64,000 nucleotides of DNA. Origin: Capsulimonadaceae bacterium. Its GTDB lineage: Bacteria; Armatimonadota; Armatimonadia; Armatimonadales; Capsulimonadaceae. Made by a program: the position numbers and the translations under genes. Numbering within the stretch: the stretch's first letter is position 1; each line of letters starts with the position of its first letter. The notes under the pieces were generated by a model that was not told the origin of the DNA, searched no databases, and was given only the letters and a program-made list of their open reading frames with translations. Below are positions 1-8,800 of this stretch, piece after piece. Location: positions 2,304,001-2,368,000 of the forward strand of contig OZ244065.1 of assembly GCA_965215505.1 (NCBI GenBank). The letters run 5' to 3'.

Positions 1-680
1 TGGGGGGCATCGGCGATTCGGTCGCCATCACCTCCCCCCCCGCCGGCTCCTACCTCGTCACCGGGGCTTGGGACGACAGCGGCATCGCCTGCTATACCCT
101 GAGCGGGAAATGCCTGTGGCAGTACCCCGAGAAGTCACTCACGCGCCCCCGGCTGACCAACCGGCTGTTCACCGCCCAGCTTTCCGGCGACGGCCGGTAC
201 GTCCTGGGGCTGTCCTACGGCAACGTCCGCGAGAGCGACCCGACCCTGTACCTGTGGCGTAGCGACGGCGGCGGCACCCCGCAGTGGAAGACGGAACTGG
301 GCGACGACGCCTTCTACCCTACTGCCCAGATCACCCCGCAGGGCGGGTATGTGGCCGTCTCCTACCTGCATCAGATCGTGCGGGGGGACCGGAGCCTGTC
401 CGAACACCAGATCCGCCTGCTGAACCACGACGGCAGCACGCGCTGGCAGGGCGGCGGCCTGCTCTTCTCCCCCACCCTCATCGCGCTGGCCCCCGACGGC
501 GGCAGCGTCCTCGTCTCCGACGGCCAGCGCACTCTGTACGCCCTGGGCGGCAAGGACGGCCGCATTTTAGGAAGCTACCCGCAGCCCGGCCTGATCCGCC
601 AGACGGCGCTCTCGGCGGACGGCCGCGTTCTGCTGGTCTACACGGGCGACGGGACCTTAAGTTTGTGGCGGGTCGGGTGA
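1..680 (+). CDS. Partial (5'-truncated) beta-propeller (WD40/PQQ-like) repeat protein
   Basis: Frame open from the window edge to TGA at 680; repeated blade motifs (AQITPQGGYVAV, ALAPDGGSVLV, ALSADGRVLLV, GTLSLW). Confidence 0.7.
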   Translation, partial: GGIGDSVAITSPPAGSYLVTGAWDDSGIACYTLSGKCLWQYPEKSLTRPRLTNRLFTAQLSGDGRYVLGLSYGNVRESDPTLYLWRSDGGGTPQWKTELGDDAFYPTAQITPQGGYVAVSYLHQIVRGDRSLSEHQIRLLNHDGSTRWQGGGLLFSPTLIALAPDGGSVLVSDGQRTLYALGGKDGRILGSYPQPGLIRQTALSADGRVLLVYTGDGTLSLWRVG

Positions 681-693
681 GTCGGCGGCAGAC

Positions 694-733
694 AAAAAGG
701 AGGGCGGGGGAACCCCGCCCTCCTGCCGGTTTT
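694..733. terminator. Intrinsic terminator between convergent genes
   Basis: Hairpin AGGAGGGCGGGG-gaa-CCCCGCCCTCCT with flanking A-run and T-run. Confidence 0.75.
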
Positions 734-754
734 CCTCACATGTCCCCGGCGTCC

Positions 755-1528
755 CTACACCAGCACCGCCTCCGCCATGCTCGCCAGATGCTCGGCTTCG
801 CCCGCCATGCCGCCGATGTTGAGCTTGATGTCGGCCCGGTTCTCGATCTTCTCGACTTTGCCGTCCTTGATCCAGATCACGCGGTCGGACACGTCCACCA
901 TCTTGTAGTCGTGCGTGGCCGTGATGATCGTCACGCCCTGCTCCTTGTTGAGCCGGCGCAGCAGGGCGATGATCTCCTCGCCCGTCTTCGAGTCCAGGTT
1001 GCCCGTCGGCTCATCGGCAAGGATGATGCTGGGGTTATTCGCCAGCGACCGGGCGATGGCGACGCGCTGCTGCTGGCCGCCCGAGAGTTGCGAGGGCTTG
1101 TGGTGGTAGCGGTGGCCGAGGCCGACGATGTCCAGAAGCTCCATGCCCCGCGCGATGCCGTCGTCGGTGGGCTGGCCGGCGAAGATGGTCGGCAGGGTGA
1201 CATTTTCCAACGCAGTCATGACCGTAATCAGATTAAACGTCTGGAAGATGTACCCGATGGTGTGGCAGCGCAGGTAGGCGAGCTCCCCGGCGTCGAGCTG
1301 CGCCATGTCCACGTCGTTGATGAACACGCTGCCGCTGTCCGGCTTGTCCAGGCCGCCGATGGCGTTAAACAGGGTAGACTTGCCCGACCCGGACGGCCCC
1401 ATGATGGAGATGTACTCGCCGCGCCGGATGTCCACGTTGACTCCGTCGAGCGCGCGCAGCTTCTCTTCGCCGAGGGTAAAGACTTTGACCACGTCCTTGG
1501 TGCGGACGATGTATTCCGTTGCTGACAC
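755..1528 (-). CDS. ABC transporter ATP-binding protein, LolD/MacB family
   Basis: Walker A GPSGSGKS, signature LSGGQQQR, Walker [13 protein letters not shown]-loop ATHD. Confidence 0.95.
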   Translation of the reverse strand: MSATEYIVRTKDVVKVFTLGEEKLRALDGVNVDIRRGEYISIMGPSGSGKSTLFNAIGGLDKPDSGSVFINDVDMAQLDAGELAYLRCHTIGYIFQTFNLITVMTALENVTLPTIFAGQPTDDGIARGMELLDIVGLGHRYHHKPSQLSGGQQQRVAIARSLANNPSIILADEPTGNLDSKTGEEIIALLRRLNKEQGVTIITATHDYKMVDVSDRVIWIKDGKVEKIENRADIKLNIGGMAGEAEHLASMAEAVLV

Positions 1529-1549
1529 TGATGATTTCTCCCGGTAGAA

Positions 1550-2179
1550 TTAGACTTCGGTGCGGAGGGCGGCGGCGGGCGGCATCTGGGCGGCGCGCTG
1601 GGCGGGCAGGAGGGCGGCGATAAGCGTTAGCAGCCCGCCGATGACGACGCAGCCCAGCAGCGTCCCGAAGATGACGCCGGCCGTCAGGTGCGTGACGCCG
1701 GGGTCCCAGCCGAGCGATGCCCAGCGGACCAGGAAGATGCCCAGGAAGCCCAGTATCCAGCCGGCGAACGAGGCCACGAAGCCCATGAAGATGGCTTCGA
1801 TGAGGAACAGGCGCACGATCAACGAGTTCAAAGCCCCCAGGCACTTCATCGTCCCGATCTCGCGGAACCGCTCCGAGACCGACATCAGCATCGAGTTCGT
1901 GATGCCGACCGTGCAGACCAGCAGGGCCATGATGACCAGCCAGACCTGCCGGTTAAAGGCCGCCGAGTTGTGGGACTCCAGCAGCGCGGTCACGCCGGAG
2001 AAGCACAGGAAGGCGATGCCGAGAAAGATGCCCGCGCCCGTGATCATGGACCGCCAGAAACGAATCTTAAGTGAGTTCATGGCGATCTGGATCGCCTTGC
2101 TCCACGGCAGGTTGATCTGCGTCTTAATGCCGCCGTCGCCTCTTGGTTTGCGGCCGTTGCCGCTGATCGCTACGGACAT
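1550..2179 (-). CDS. Small FtsX-like ABC permease lacking a large periplasmic domain
   Basis: ITNSMLMSVSERFREIGTMKCLGA and C-terminal LPAQRAAQMPPAAALR motifs; four hydrophobic segments. Confidence 0.9.
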   Translation of the reverse strand: MSVAISGNGRKPRGDGGIKTQINLPWSKAIQIAMNSLKIRFWRSMITGAGIFLGIAFLCFSGVTALLESHNSAAFNRQVWLVIMALLVCTVGITNSMLMSVSERFREIGTMKCLGALNSLIVRLFLIEAIFMGFVASFAGWILGFLGIFLVRWASLGWDPGVTHLTAGVIFGTLLGCVVIGGLLTLIAALLPAQRAAQMPPAAALRTEV

Positions 2180-2642
2180 TGGCTGTCCCCTTTCCTTTAT
2201 TCGTCCCAGTGGGCTTTGTCCCCGCTGGCTGAAGCCCGATCAACCCGCGCTGGGCGAACATCCGCATGGCCGTGATGACGCCCACCTCGCCCTGGCGGCG
2301 GTTCATCTTGTAGGTATCGCAGGCGTACCGGATGAGCTGGTCTACGCTGTGCTGCCCGTCGCAGCGCGCCCAGAGCTGGGCGTTGATCTCGTCCAGCTCA
2401 ATGGTGCGGGTCGCCGTGACGCGGAAGATGCGGGTCAGGATTCTGCCCACCCGGTCATCCCGGCGCGGGACGGTCAGCTTCGCGCCCGGCGTCTCGTCCT
2501 CGGCCGCCCTCATCTCCCAGACGATTTCGCGGCTGCGAACCGGCTTCAGCCCCAGCATCTCGCCGCGCGGCAGGCCCGCGCTCTCGCGCGCCAGGAACGG
2601 GATGGACTGACGCAGTGTGTTCAGCAGGCCTAACTGTGGCAC
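2124..2642 (-). CDS. PqqD family / RiPP-recognition-element-like protein (start uncertain: GTG 2642 or ATG 2558)
   Basis: IELDEINAQLWARCDGQHSVDQLI...FAQRGLI matches the PqqD winged-helix pattern (LN/D...IW...DG...V..I...L...GL). Confidence 0.75.
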   Translation of the reverse strand: MPQLGLLNTLRQSIPFLARESAGLPRGEMLGLKPVRSREIVWEMRAAEDETPGAKLTVPRRDDRVGRILTRIFRVTATRTIELDEINAQLWARCDGQHSVDQLIRYACDTYKMNRRQGEVGVITAMRMFAQRGLIGLQPAGTKPTGTNKGKGTANVRSDQRQRPQTKRRRRH

Positions 2643-3634
2643 AGGGTACGCTCGACGATCTCGTCCACGACCTGCGGCTGCGGGCGGCGACTGAAGGACT
2701 GCACTAGGTGGACCTTGTTGCTCTCCGGACACTCCCAGATGCGCGCTTCAAAGTGGGTGGCGGGCATCTGGAGCCGGGTGATCTGCGGCACGGCATGGGA
2801 CATCCAGTAGGACAGACCCAGACGCCGCCCGGTCAGGGCCAGCGCGGGGTGGCCTTGGGCGGTCGCCTCGCGGGCCTCATACTTCAACTGCCCCTCTAAC
2901 GCCTGGTTCTTCTGCCGGAACCACTGATCTAAATACGCGCCCCGAAGCTGGACGTTTGCGACGCCCCACTGCTCCACGGAGAGTGAGTCCATGGAGCTGC
3001 CGCGCACGAACGGGAGCTGCACATAGATGTTCATGAGCTGCGGCTTGGTCTTGAGGGCGTAGTCGCTCGGCACCTGCGTGTGCAGGTCGTACAAAGACCA
3101 GACGTGCCAGTCAGTGTCCTCGGAGTGGCATTCCAAGGTCTGGAGGGCGTCGGCGGCTAGGGCGCCGAAGTCGTCCCGCGCGCCGCCGACGACCTGGGCG
3201 ATGACGACGCGCATGCACTCGGAGCAGTGCCAGATGCGCCCGATCGCCTTCCGGTCGGCCTTCCAGGTGAACGACCTCTGGCCGGTCCGCTCCGGGTGGC
3301 GCGCGTCCCGGACGGCTTTGGTCTGCGTCACGGTGGCGATCTTCTGCCGCTTCGCGCTCTTTTCGATGGAGGCGAGGTAGAGGGTGAGCCGCTTTTCCAG
3401 GTCGGCGTCCGTCACCTTGCCCTTGACCGGAATCCAGCGGACGTCCACGCCCAGGACGCCATGCGCCTGGAACTCGCTGTTGTCCAGGCGCAGGCTGCCG
3501 GCCTTGGCATCGCCGCCATAGGAAACCAGGTTCCAGGCGGGCGGGGCCAGCATGGTCAGCCCCTGCCAGCCCATCGTCTTCCAGCCCTTACGGGCGGGCG
3601 GGCGGCTTACTTCTTGTCTCACAAGTGTTGTCAC
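2630..3634 (-). CDS. Hypothetical protein (334 aa), possibly with two internally similar halves
   Basis: Fits operon order and codon usage; GRIWHCSECMRV and ARIWECPESNKV resemble each other. Confidence 0.7.
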   Translation of the reverse strand: MTTLVRQEVSRPPARKGWKTMGWQGLTMLAPPAWNLVSYGGDAKAGSLRLDNSEFQAHGVLGVDVRWIPVKGKVTDADLEKRLTLYLASIEKSAKRQKIATVTQTKAVRDARHPERTGQRSFTWKADRKAIGRIWHCSECMRVVIAQVVGGARDDFGALAADALQTLECHSEDTDWHVWSLYDLHTQVPSDYALKTKPQLMNIYVQLPFVRGSSMDSLSVEQWGVANVQLRGAYLDQWFRQKNQALEGQLKYEAREATAQGHPALALTGRRLGLSYWMSHAVPQITRLQMPATHFEARIWECPESNKVHLVQSFSRRPQPQVVDEIVERTLCHS

Positions 3635-3650
3635 GTTTTGATATACGACC

Positions 3651-5726
3651 CTAGAAGGGCAGGAAGTTCACGGTCTTCTGAATCAGGGCCAGGGCGATGG
3701 CGGACATGCCGATCAGGCCCGTGCCGCAGGCGAAGCCGGCCAGCAGGACCGGCGTGTAGAGCTGCCAGCGCTCCAGGCCGAACCGTTTGGCGAAGTAGTA
3801 GCGGCCCAAAAGCGCGCCGATGAATGTCGGGATCGTGTTGTGCGGGATGTTGCCGATGCCGCCGATGAAGCCGTAGAAGAACAGCAAGGGCCACTTGAAC
3901 AGCAAGGTCGCCCCGTACATCCCCCCCGCGACTAATGCGCCGATGCCGATGACCGGCCCCTTGATGGCGTGCAGCGCCCACGAGGCCCCGTTGCCGGAGT
4001 TGATCTGGGTCCAGATGGACAGGTTGATGACCGAGAGCGGCCAGAACTTCTGGGCGTAGGGGAACTGCGCCGAGGGGATGTCGTTCGTGTGCCACAGGAA
4101 GCCCCAGTAGACGAAGCTCGTGATGAGAATCAAGGGCAGCATCGTGAGTTCCAGCCAGAAGATGCTGGTGAACTTGGTCCCCGTCAGCTCGATCTCGCGG
4201 AATTTCTGCGCCTGCCCGCCGTAGTCGTTGAGCGGCAGCGGCGCGAACCAGATGTCCGGCTTGGTGTAGCCGCTCCTCAAAACCACCGCCTGGTTCAAGA
4301 ACGGGAACGTGACGCCCTGGCCGGTCAGCCCGATCAGGCGGGCGGAGACGTAGGAGTTCAGCGGGGTCCAAACCAGGCCGTAAAAGATGACGATGGCGAT
4401 GGGGAAGGCCGGGACGAGTTGGTGGTTCAGGAGGACATACCCGCAGGTCGCCGCGAACCACGCCCCCACGGCGGCCCACCAGGGGAAGTCGCCGCGCCCC
4501 TGCGGCACTTTCCCCAGGCTCCCGCGCTGGGCGGACCGCTCGGTCCCGCGCGACTTGAGGACCGTGAGCAGGACGGCGAGCAGGCCGAGGGCGGCGATGG
4601 TGAGCTGGGTCCCGATGCTGAACGACATCCAGAAGTCGAAGTCAATGGAGGCCTTTGTCTGGATCGTCGGCGAGCCGGGGACCCAGTGCGGGAAGATGCT
4701 ATTTTGGCCGTTGACCAGGTGCGCCTGTCCGAGATGGTACATGATCGGGTTGGCGACGATCTGGGTGGCGATGGAGGAGATGAAGCTGCCCAGTACGATG
4801 GAGTAGGGCAGGATGAACCCGAACATGACCAGGCCCAGGTCGGGGTTGTAGCCGGTCAGGGCCGTCGGCAGGATGCGCTCGGTGTTTGGCGTCAGGTCCA
4901 TGAACGGGATCGGCAGGATGGTGACGGGCTTGCCCAGGGCGACGCCGGTGAAGATCGGGATCGCGAGGTAGAAGAAGCCGAAGATCAGGCCGACGATGGT
5001 GCCGGTGGAGAAGACCTGCCAGCGCCACGAGTCCTCCTTGGTGGAGGCCTCGGCCAGCGCGGTCGCGCCCGAGGCGGCGATGGAGGCGAACGGGAAGGGC
5101 AGCCGCTCCACGTCCGACGTGATCCGGAACAGCATGTAGCCCAGGCCCATCCACTTCATCCGGTCGAAGACCTGGCCGAACAGGATGATGGCAATGGGGA
5201 AGAGCCAGGCGGTGTCCCACAGGCTGCGGTGCGCGTAGGCCGGCGAGCCGGGCTGCGGACCGATCCAGGCAGGCAGCAGGTGGACGACGCCCACCATGGC
5301 GGGCGACTGCATGATGTACTGGGTCGCGATGAGCGCGCCGAACGGCCCGCCGGAGATGCCCGGCAGCCCGCCGAAGCCGGACCCGGCCAGAGCGCCGGCC
5401 ATGTAGAACAGGCAGTAGATCTCCTGTCGCTTGAGCGGAAGGAACGAGCGCCGGGCGATCTCGGAGAACAGGACGATCGTCACCCACTGGGCGGCCGCGC
5501 CCAGCCCCTGCCCGGCGACCAGGCCGAGGTAGATCGAGCCGGGGAGCATGATGAGGCAGACGAAGAGCATGCCCACCACGACCTTGCCGGTGAAGCCGTT
5601 CTCGAACTGTATCTGTTGGCCGCCCTCGTCGTTAGCCGTGTCTTCGGACCGCTCGCGCGCCGATTCGATGTCGTCCGGGGGCGCGGCACCGCGCCCGCGC
5701 TTCGTTTTTTGTTCCAGTGATGCCAC
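3651..5726 (-). CDS. OPT/YSL-superfamily-like multi-pass peptide transporter (691 aa)
   Basis: Many TM segments; FTGKVVVG...IYLGL and ERLPFP motifs typical of the OPT family; AAGGAGA RBS 9 nt before GTG. Confidence 0.75.
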   Translation of the reverse strand: MASLEQKTKRGRGAAPPDDIESARERSEDTANDEGGQQIQFENGFTGKVVVGMLFVCLIMLPGSIYLGLVAGQGLGAAAQWVTIVLFSEIARRSFLPLKRQEIYCLFYMAGALAGSGFGGLPGISGGPFGALIATQYIMQSPAMVGVVHLLPAWIGPQPGSPAYAHRSLWDTAWLFPIAIILFGQVFDRMKWMGLGYMLFRITSDVERLPFPFASIAASGATALAEASTKEDSWRWQVFSTGTIVGLIFGFFYLAIPIFTGVALGKPVTILPIPFMDLTPNTERILPTALTGYNPDLGLVMFGFILPYSIVLGSFISSIATQIVANPIMYHLGQAHLVNGQNSIFPHWVPGSPTIQTKASIDFDFWMSFSIGTQLTIAALGLLAVLLTVLKSRGTERSAQRGSLGKVPQGRGDFPWWAAVGAWFAATCGYVLLNHQLVPAFPIAIVIFYGLVWTPLNSYVSARLIGLTGQGVTFPFLNQAVVLRSGYTKPDIWFAPLPLNDYGGQAQKFREIELTGTKFTSIFWLELTMLPLILITSFVYWGFLWHTNDIPSAQFPYAQKFWPLSVINLSIWTQINSGNGASWALHAIKGPVIGIGALVAGGMYGATLLFKWPLLFFYGFIGGIGNIPHNTIPTFIGALLGRYYFAKRFGLERWQLYTPVLLAGFACGTGLIGMSAIALALIQKTVNFLPF

Positions 5727-5774
5727 GGGGGCATGTCTCCTTGTCGAAGCCTCGTCGAAACAGGGCGGGAAAAA

Positions 5775-5800
5775 GGGGCGAACACGAGGTTCGCCCCTAC
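5775..5800 (-). repeat. REP-like element (GTAG + hairpin)
   Basis: Minus strand reads GTAGGGGCGAACCTCGTGTTCGCCCC. Confidence 0.7.
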
Positions 5801-5810
5801 GGGGCAGGCG

Positions 5811-8800
5811 TTACAGGGCGGGCGCGACCGCCGCCGTCTCGCCCGCAGCGACCGGGATGGGGGCCGTGCCGACGCCCTCGCCGATCTCCAGGTAGCGTTC
5901 GCGTTGGTCCGCCGTCAGGGTGCGCCAGATGAGGAACTGCTTGCGGACGACGTTCAGGAAGCGGCGGTTGACGCGCTTCCAGTTGGACACGTCGCCCGAA
6001 ACGCGCGTCAGGGTCAGGTGGACGGCGTAGACGTCTTCCAAGTCCGTCGGGGCGGTGTCGAGCGAGATGGTCTGGGACACGCCCAGGTCGAACGGCGCGA
6101 GCCAGATGCGGCCGGTCAGCCGGTAGCCCGTGCCGCCCTCCATCATCTCGCGGCCCGTGCGGATGTCCTGGGTCAAGAAGTCGCCCACGGACTGTTCCTC
6201 GTAAGCCCGGAACCACTCGGCCAGGAACTGGTTGATGCCGGGGGCCTGCGCGCCCGCCACGGCGAAGGGCAGGGAGAGCTTCCAGACGTCGCCGTCCGGC
6301 TCGGGCACTTTCCACGTCCGGTCCACGGCGGGCGTCGCCACCTCGGACGCCTTGCGGGCGGGGAAGATGGTGGACAATAAGACGACCGCGACGACCAGGC
6401 CGATGGCGAGTTCGGCGGACGTGGACGAGAAGTTCAGGTACAGGCCGGGCAGGATATGGAAGACGGAGATCGCCTTGGCCAAGCCCTGGCCGATCAGGTA
6501 GCCCGACACGGCCCCGATGATGCCATAGACCAAAGCCTCGGCGATGAACAGCATGGCGATGTTGGACGGCGACAATCCAATGGAGGAGAAGATCGCGATC
6601 TCCTTGACCCGCTCGAAGACCGACCCGAGCATCGTGTTCAGGACGATCAGGGCGGCGATCAGGATGGGGATGATGATGTTGATCAACCCCTGCGACGAGG
6701 TCGCCCCGATGGCCGAGAAGCGGTGGTTGTCGGTCGAGTCGATGACGGTCCCGTTGGCCTGCTTTTTGAAGCCGCCCGCATACAGGTTCAGGTCCAGGCG
6801 CGGCATCAGGTCTTGCAGCTCGGTGTAGACGGTCGGCCCGGACCCCATGTTGATTCCGACCGATTCGAGGCTGCCGCCGAGGTTGATCAGGGTCGTGTAC
6901 GGCACATACAGGACGGCGTCCGGGTCCAAGTGCAGATATTCCTGGAAGCCCTGGGAGGCCGCCGACTGCGAGGACGACGAGGACGAAGAGCTGCTCTGGC
7001 TCTGCTGGGCCTGGTAGTCCACGGGCGTCAGGGTTTCGTTGTCCAGGTCCTTGATGGCCTTGAACTTGTCCGGGTCCATGATGCCGATGACGAGGTACGG
7101 CACGCCGCTGAAGTTGACCGTCACCCGGCCCACGTCACTCGGGGCGATCTGGAGGCTGGCCGCGACCGCCTTGGGGACGACGGCGGCGTAGGTGTCGGTG
7201 GCATTGAACCAGCGGCCCTCTGGCCTGCCGTCCGGCCCGGTCATCAGGGCTTTGTCCATGCCCGTGACCTGCGCCTCCTGCGGCGTGAAGCCGGTGACGC
7301 CTTTGACGTCGGTGCCGAGGTGCGCGCGGGTCAGGTGCAGGAAGGTGGTCTGGCCGGGCGTCGTGCCGTAGAACCAGGCGCGCGGGGCGACCGGGTAGCG
7401 GCTGCCGTACTCGTCGTTGAGCAGCCGGTAGGCCGTGAAGTCCAGGGTGTCCCAGGTCGGCAGCCGGAGCAGCAGGCCCTTGTAGGCGGCGACGCCCGGC
7501 GCGGACACGTCGTTGTAGCGGATGGTGTTGACGATCGACGTGAACGACAGTACGGTGAAGGTCAGCAGCACGAGTGTCAGGCAGGTCAGCAGCGTCCGTT
7601 CTTTGCGCCGGCGCATGTTGGAGATGCCCAGGGCGAAGGCGGCGAAGGCGATGGAGGCCTTGCCCACGTCGGCCTTGTGGACGCCGGACACGGACTTGTT
7701 GAACTGCTTGAGCTGTTCTTCGAACTTGCCCCACACCAGCAGTGAGACGATGACGGACAGGGCCAGCATGACGAACGCGATCAGGATGATCAGCGGGTTG
7801 ACCGAGCCGATGGCAAAGGCCGGATGGATCTGCGAGAAGACGATGAAGACAGCCAAAAAGATGCCGAAGGCCGCCCCGAGCTGCCGCTTCAGGTCGGAGA
7901 AGCCGAAAAGCAGCCGCTCCAGGAAGTAGGCGAAGGGGATCAAGAGGAACAGGTAGAAGATGACCCCCTGGACCACGTCGTTCGCCGTCTGCTGCACCTG
8001 CGGGTAGACGCGGGCCTCGTTCGCCCAGGCCTGACGGCTGTAGGCGTCGAACAGCTCGTAATCTTTCTTCTGGTAGGCCTCCAACGCCTGCTGAATCTCG
8101 CCCGCCGCCTGGTCGTGCAGGAACGTCACGGGGTTGGTCTTGTCGCCGAGTTGGACGATGCGGAACCGGGCCAGATTCTTGATTCGGAAGTCGTCCAGGC
8201 TCCACATGTCCTTGGCGACGCGAAGGGAGGTGTTGTTGATCGCGCCGTAGCGGACGATGTCGTCCGGGTTGTTCGGGTCGGGCGGCTTGTTGTAGTTCGC
8301 CAGCCGGGCGGAGGGTACGCCGACGGCGTAGCCGATGCCGGTGGGGTGGTCGGGCGTGGAGTTGATGAGCAGGAACCGGATGGCCGGGCCGTCGCCCGCG
8401 ATGACCTTGAGCCGCGTCGTGGTGTCCGGAGGCGAGAACAGCGTCAGCAGGCCCTGGCCGCGCTGGATGCCGTACTGGCGCGGCTCGCTGTCCGAAGCGC
8501 CGTCGAAGACGCTGATGTCGTTGACGCGCTTCAGGGCACCCTGGTTGACCAGCTCGTAGATGGTGGTGGCGACGCACGGGAAGACGATGACCTGGGTCTG
8601 TTTGAAGTCGCTGGTCAGGTCGAACTCGATGGGGTAGTTGGCCGCGCCGTTGACCCCACGGTCCGGCGCGTAGTCCACGTCCCCCCGGTTGCCCAGGCTG
8701 TCGTCGGCCGGGTGCAGCCGGAAGGCGTCCAGGTGCATCTTCCCGTCCGGCGCGAACCGAAGCCCGCCGCCGTTGGAGATGACCAGGGGCATGCCAACGA

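Noticed and set aside
2124-2642. PQQ biosynthesis or classical RiPP cluster
   Set aside because: No pqqA/B/C/E, radical SAM, YcaO or lasso cyclase genes and no evident precursor in the window
6960-7010. Poly-Ser tract as a phase-variable repeat
   Set aside because: Mixed Ser codons (AGC/TCT/TCG/TCC); a low-complexity loop, not a slippage tract
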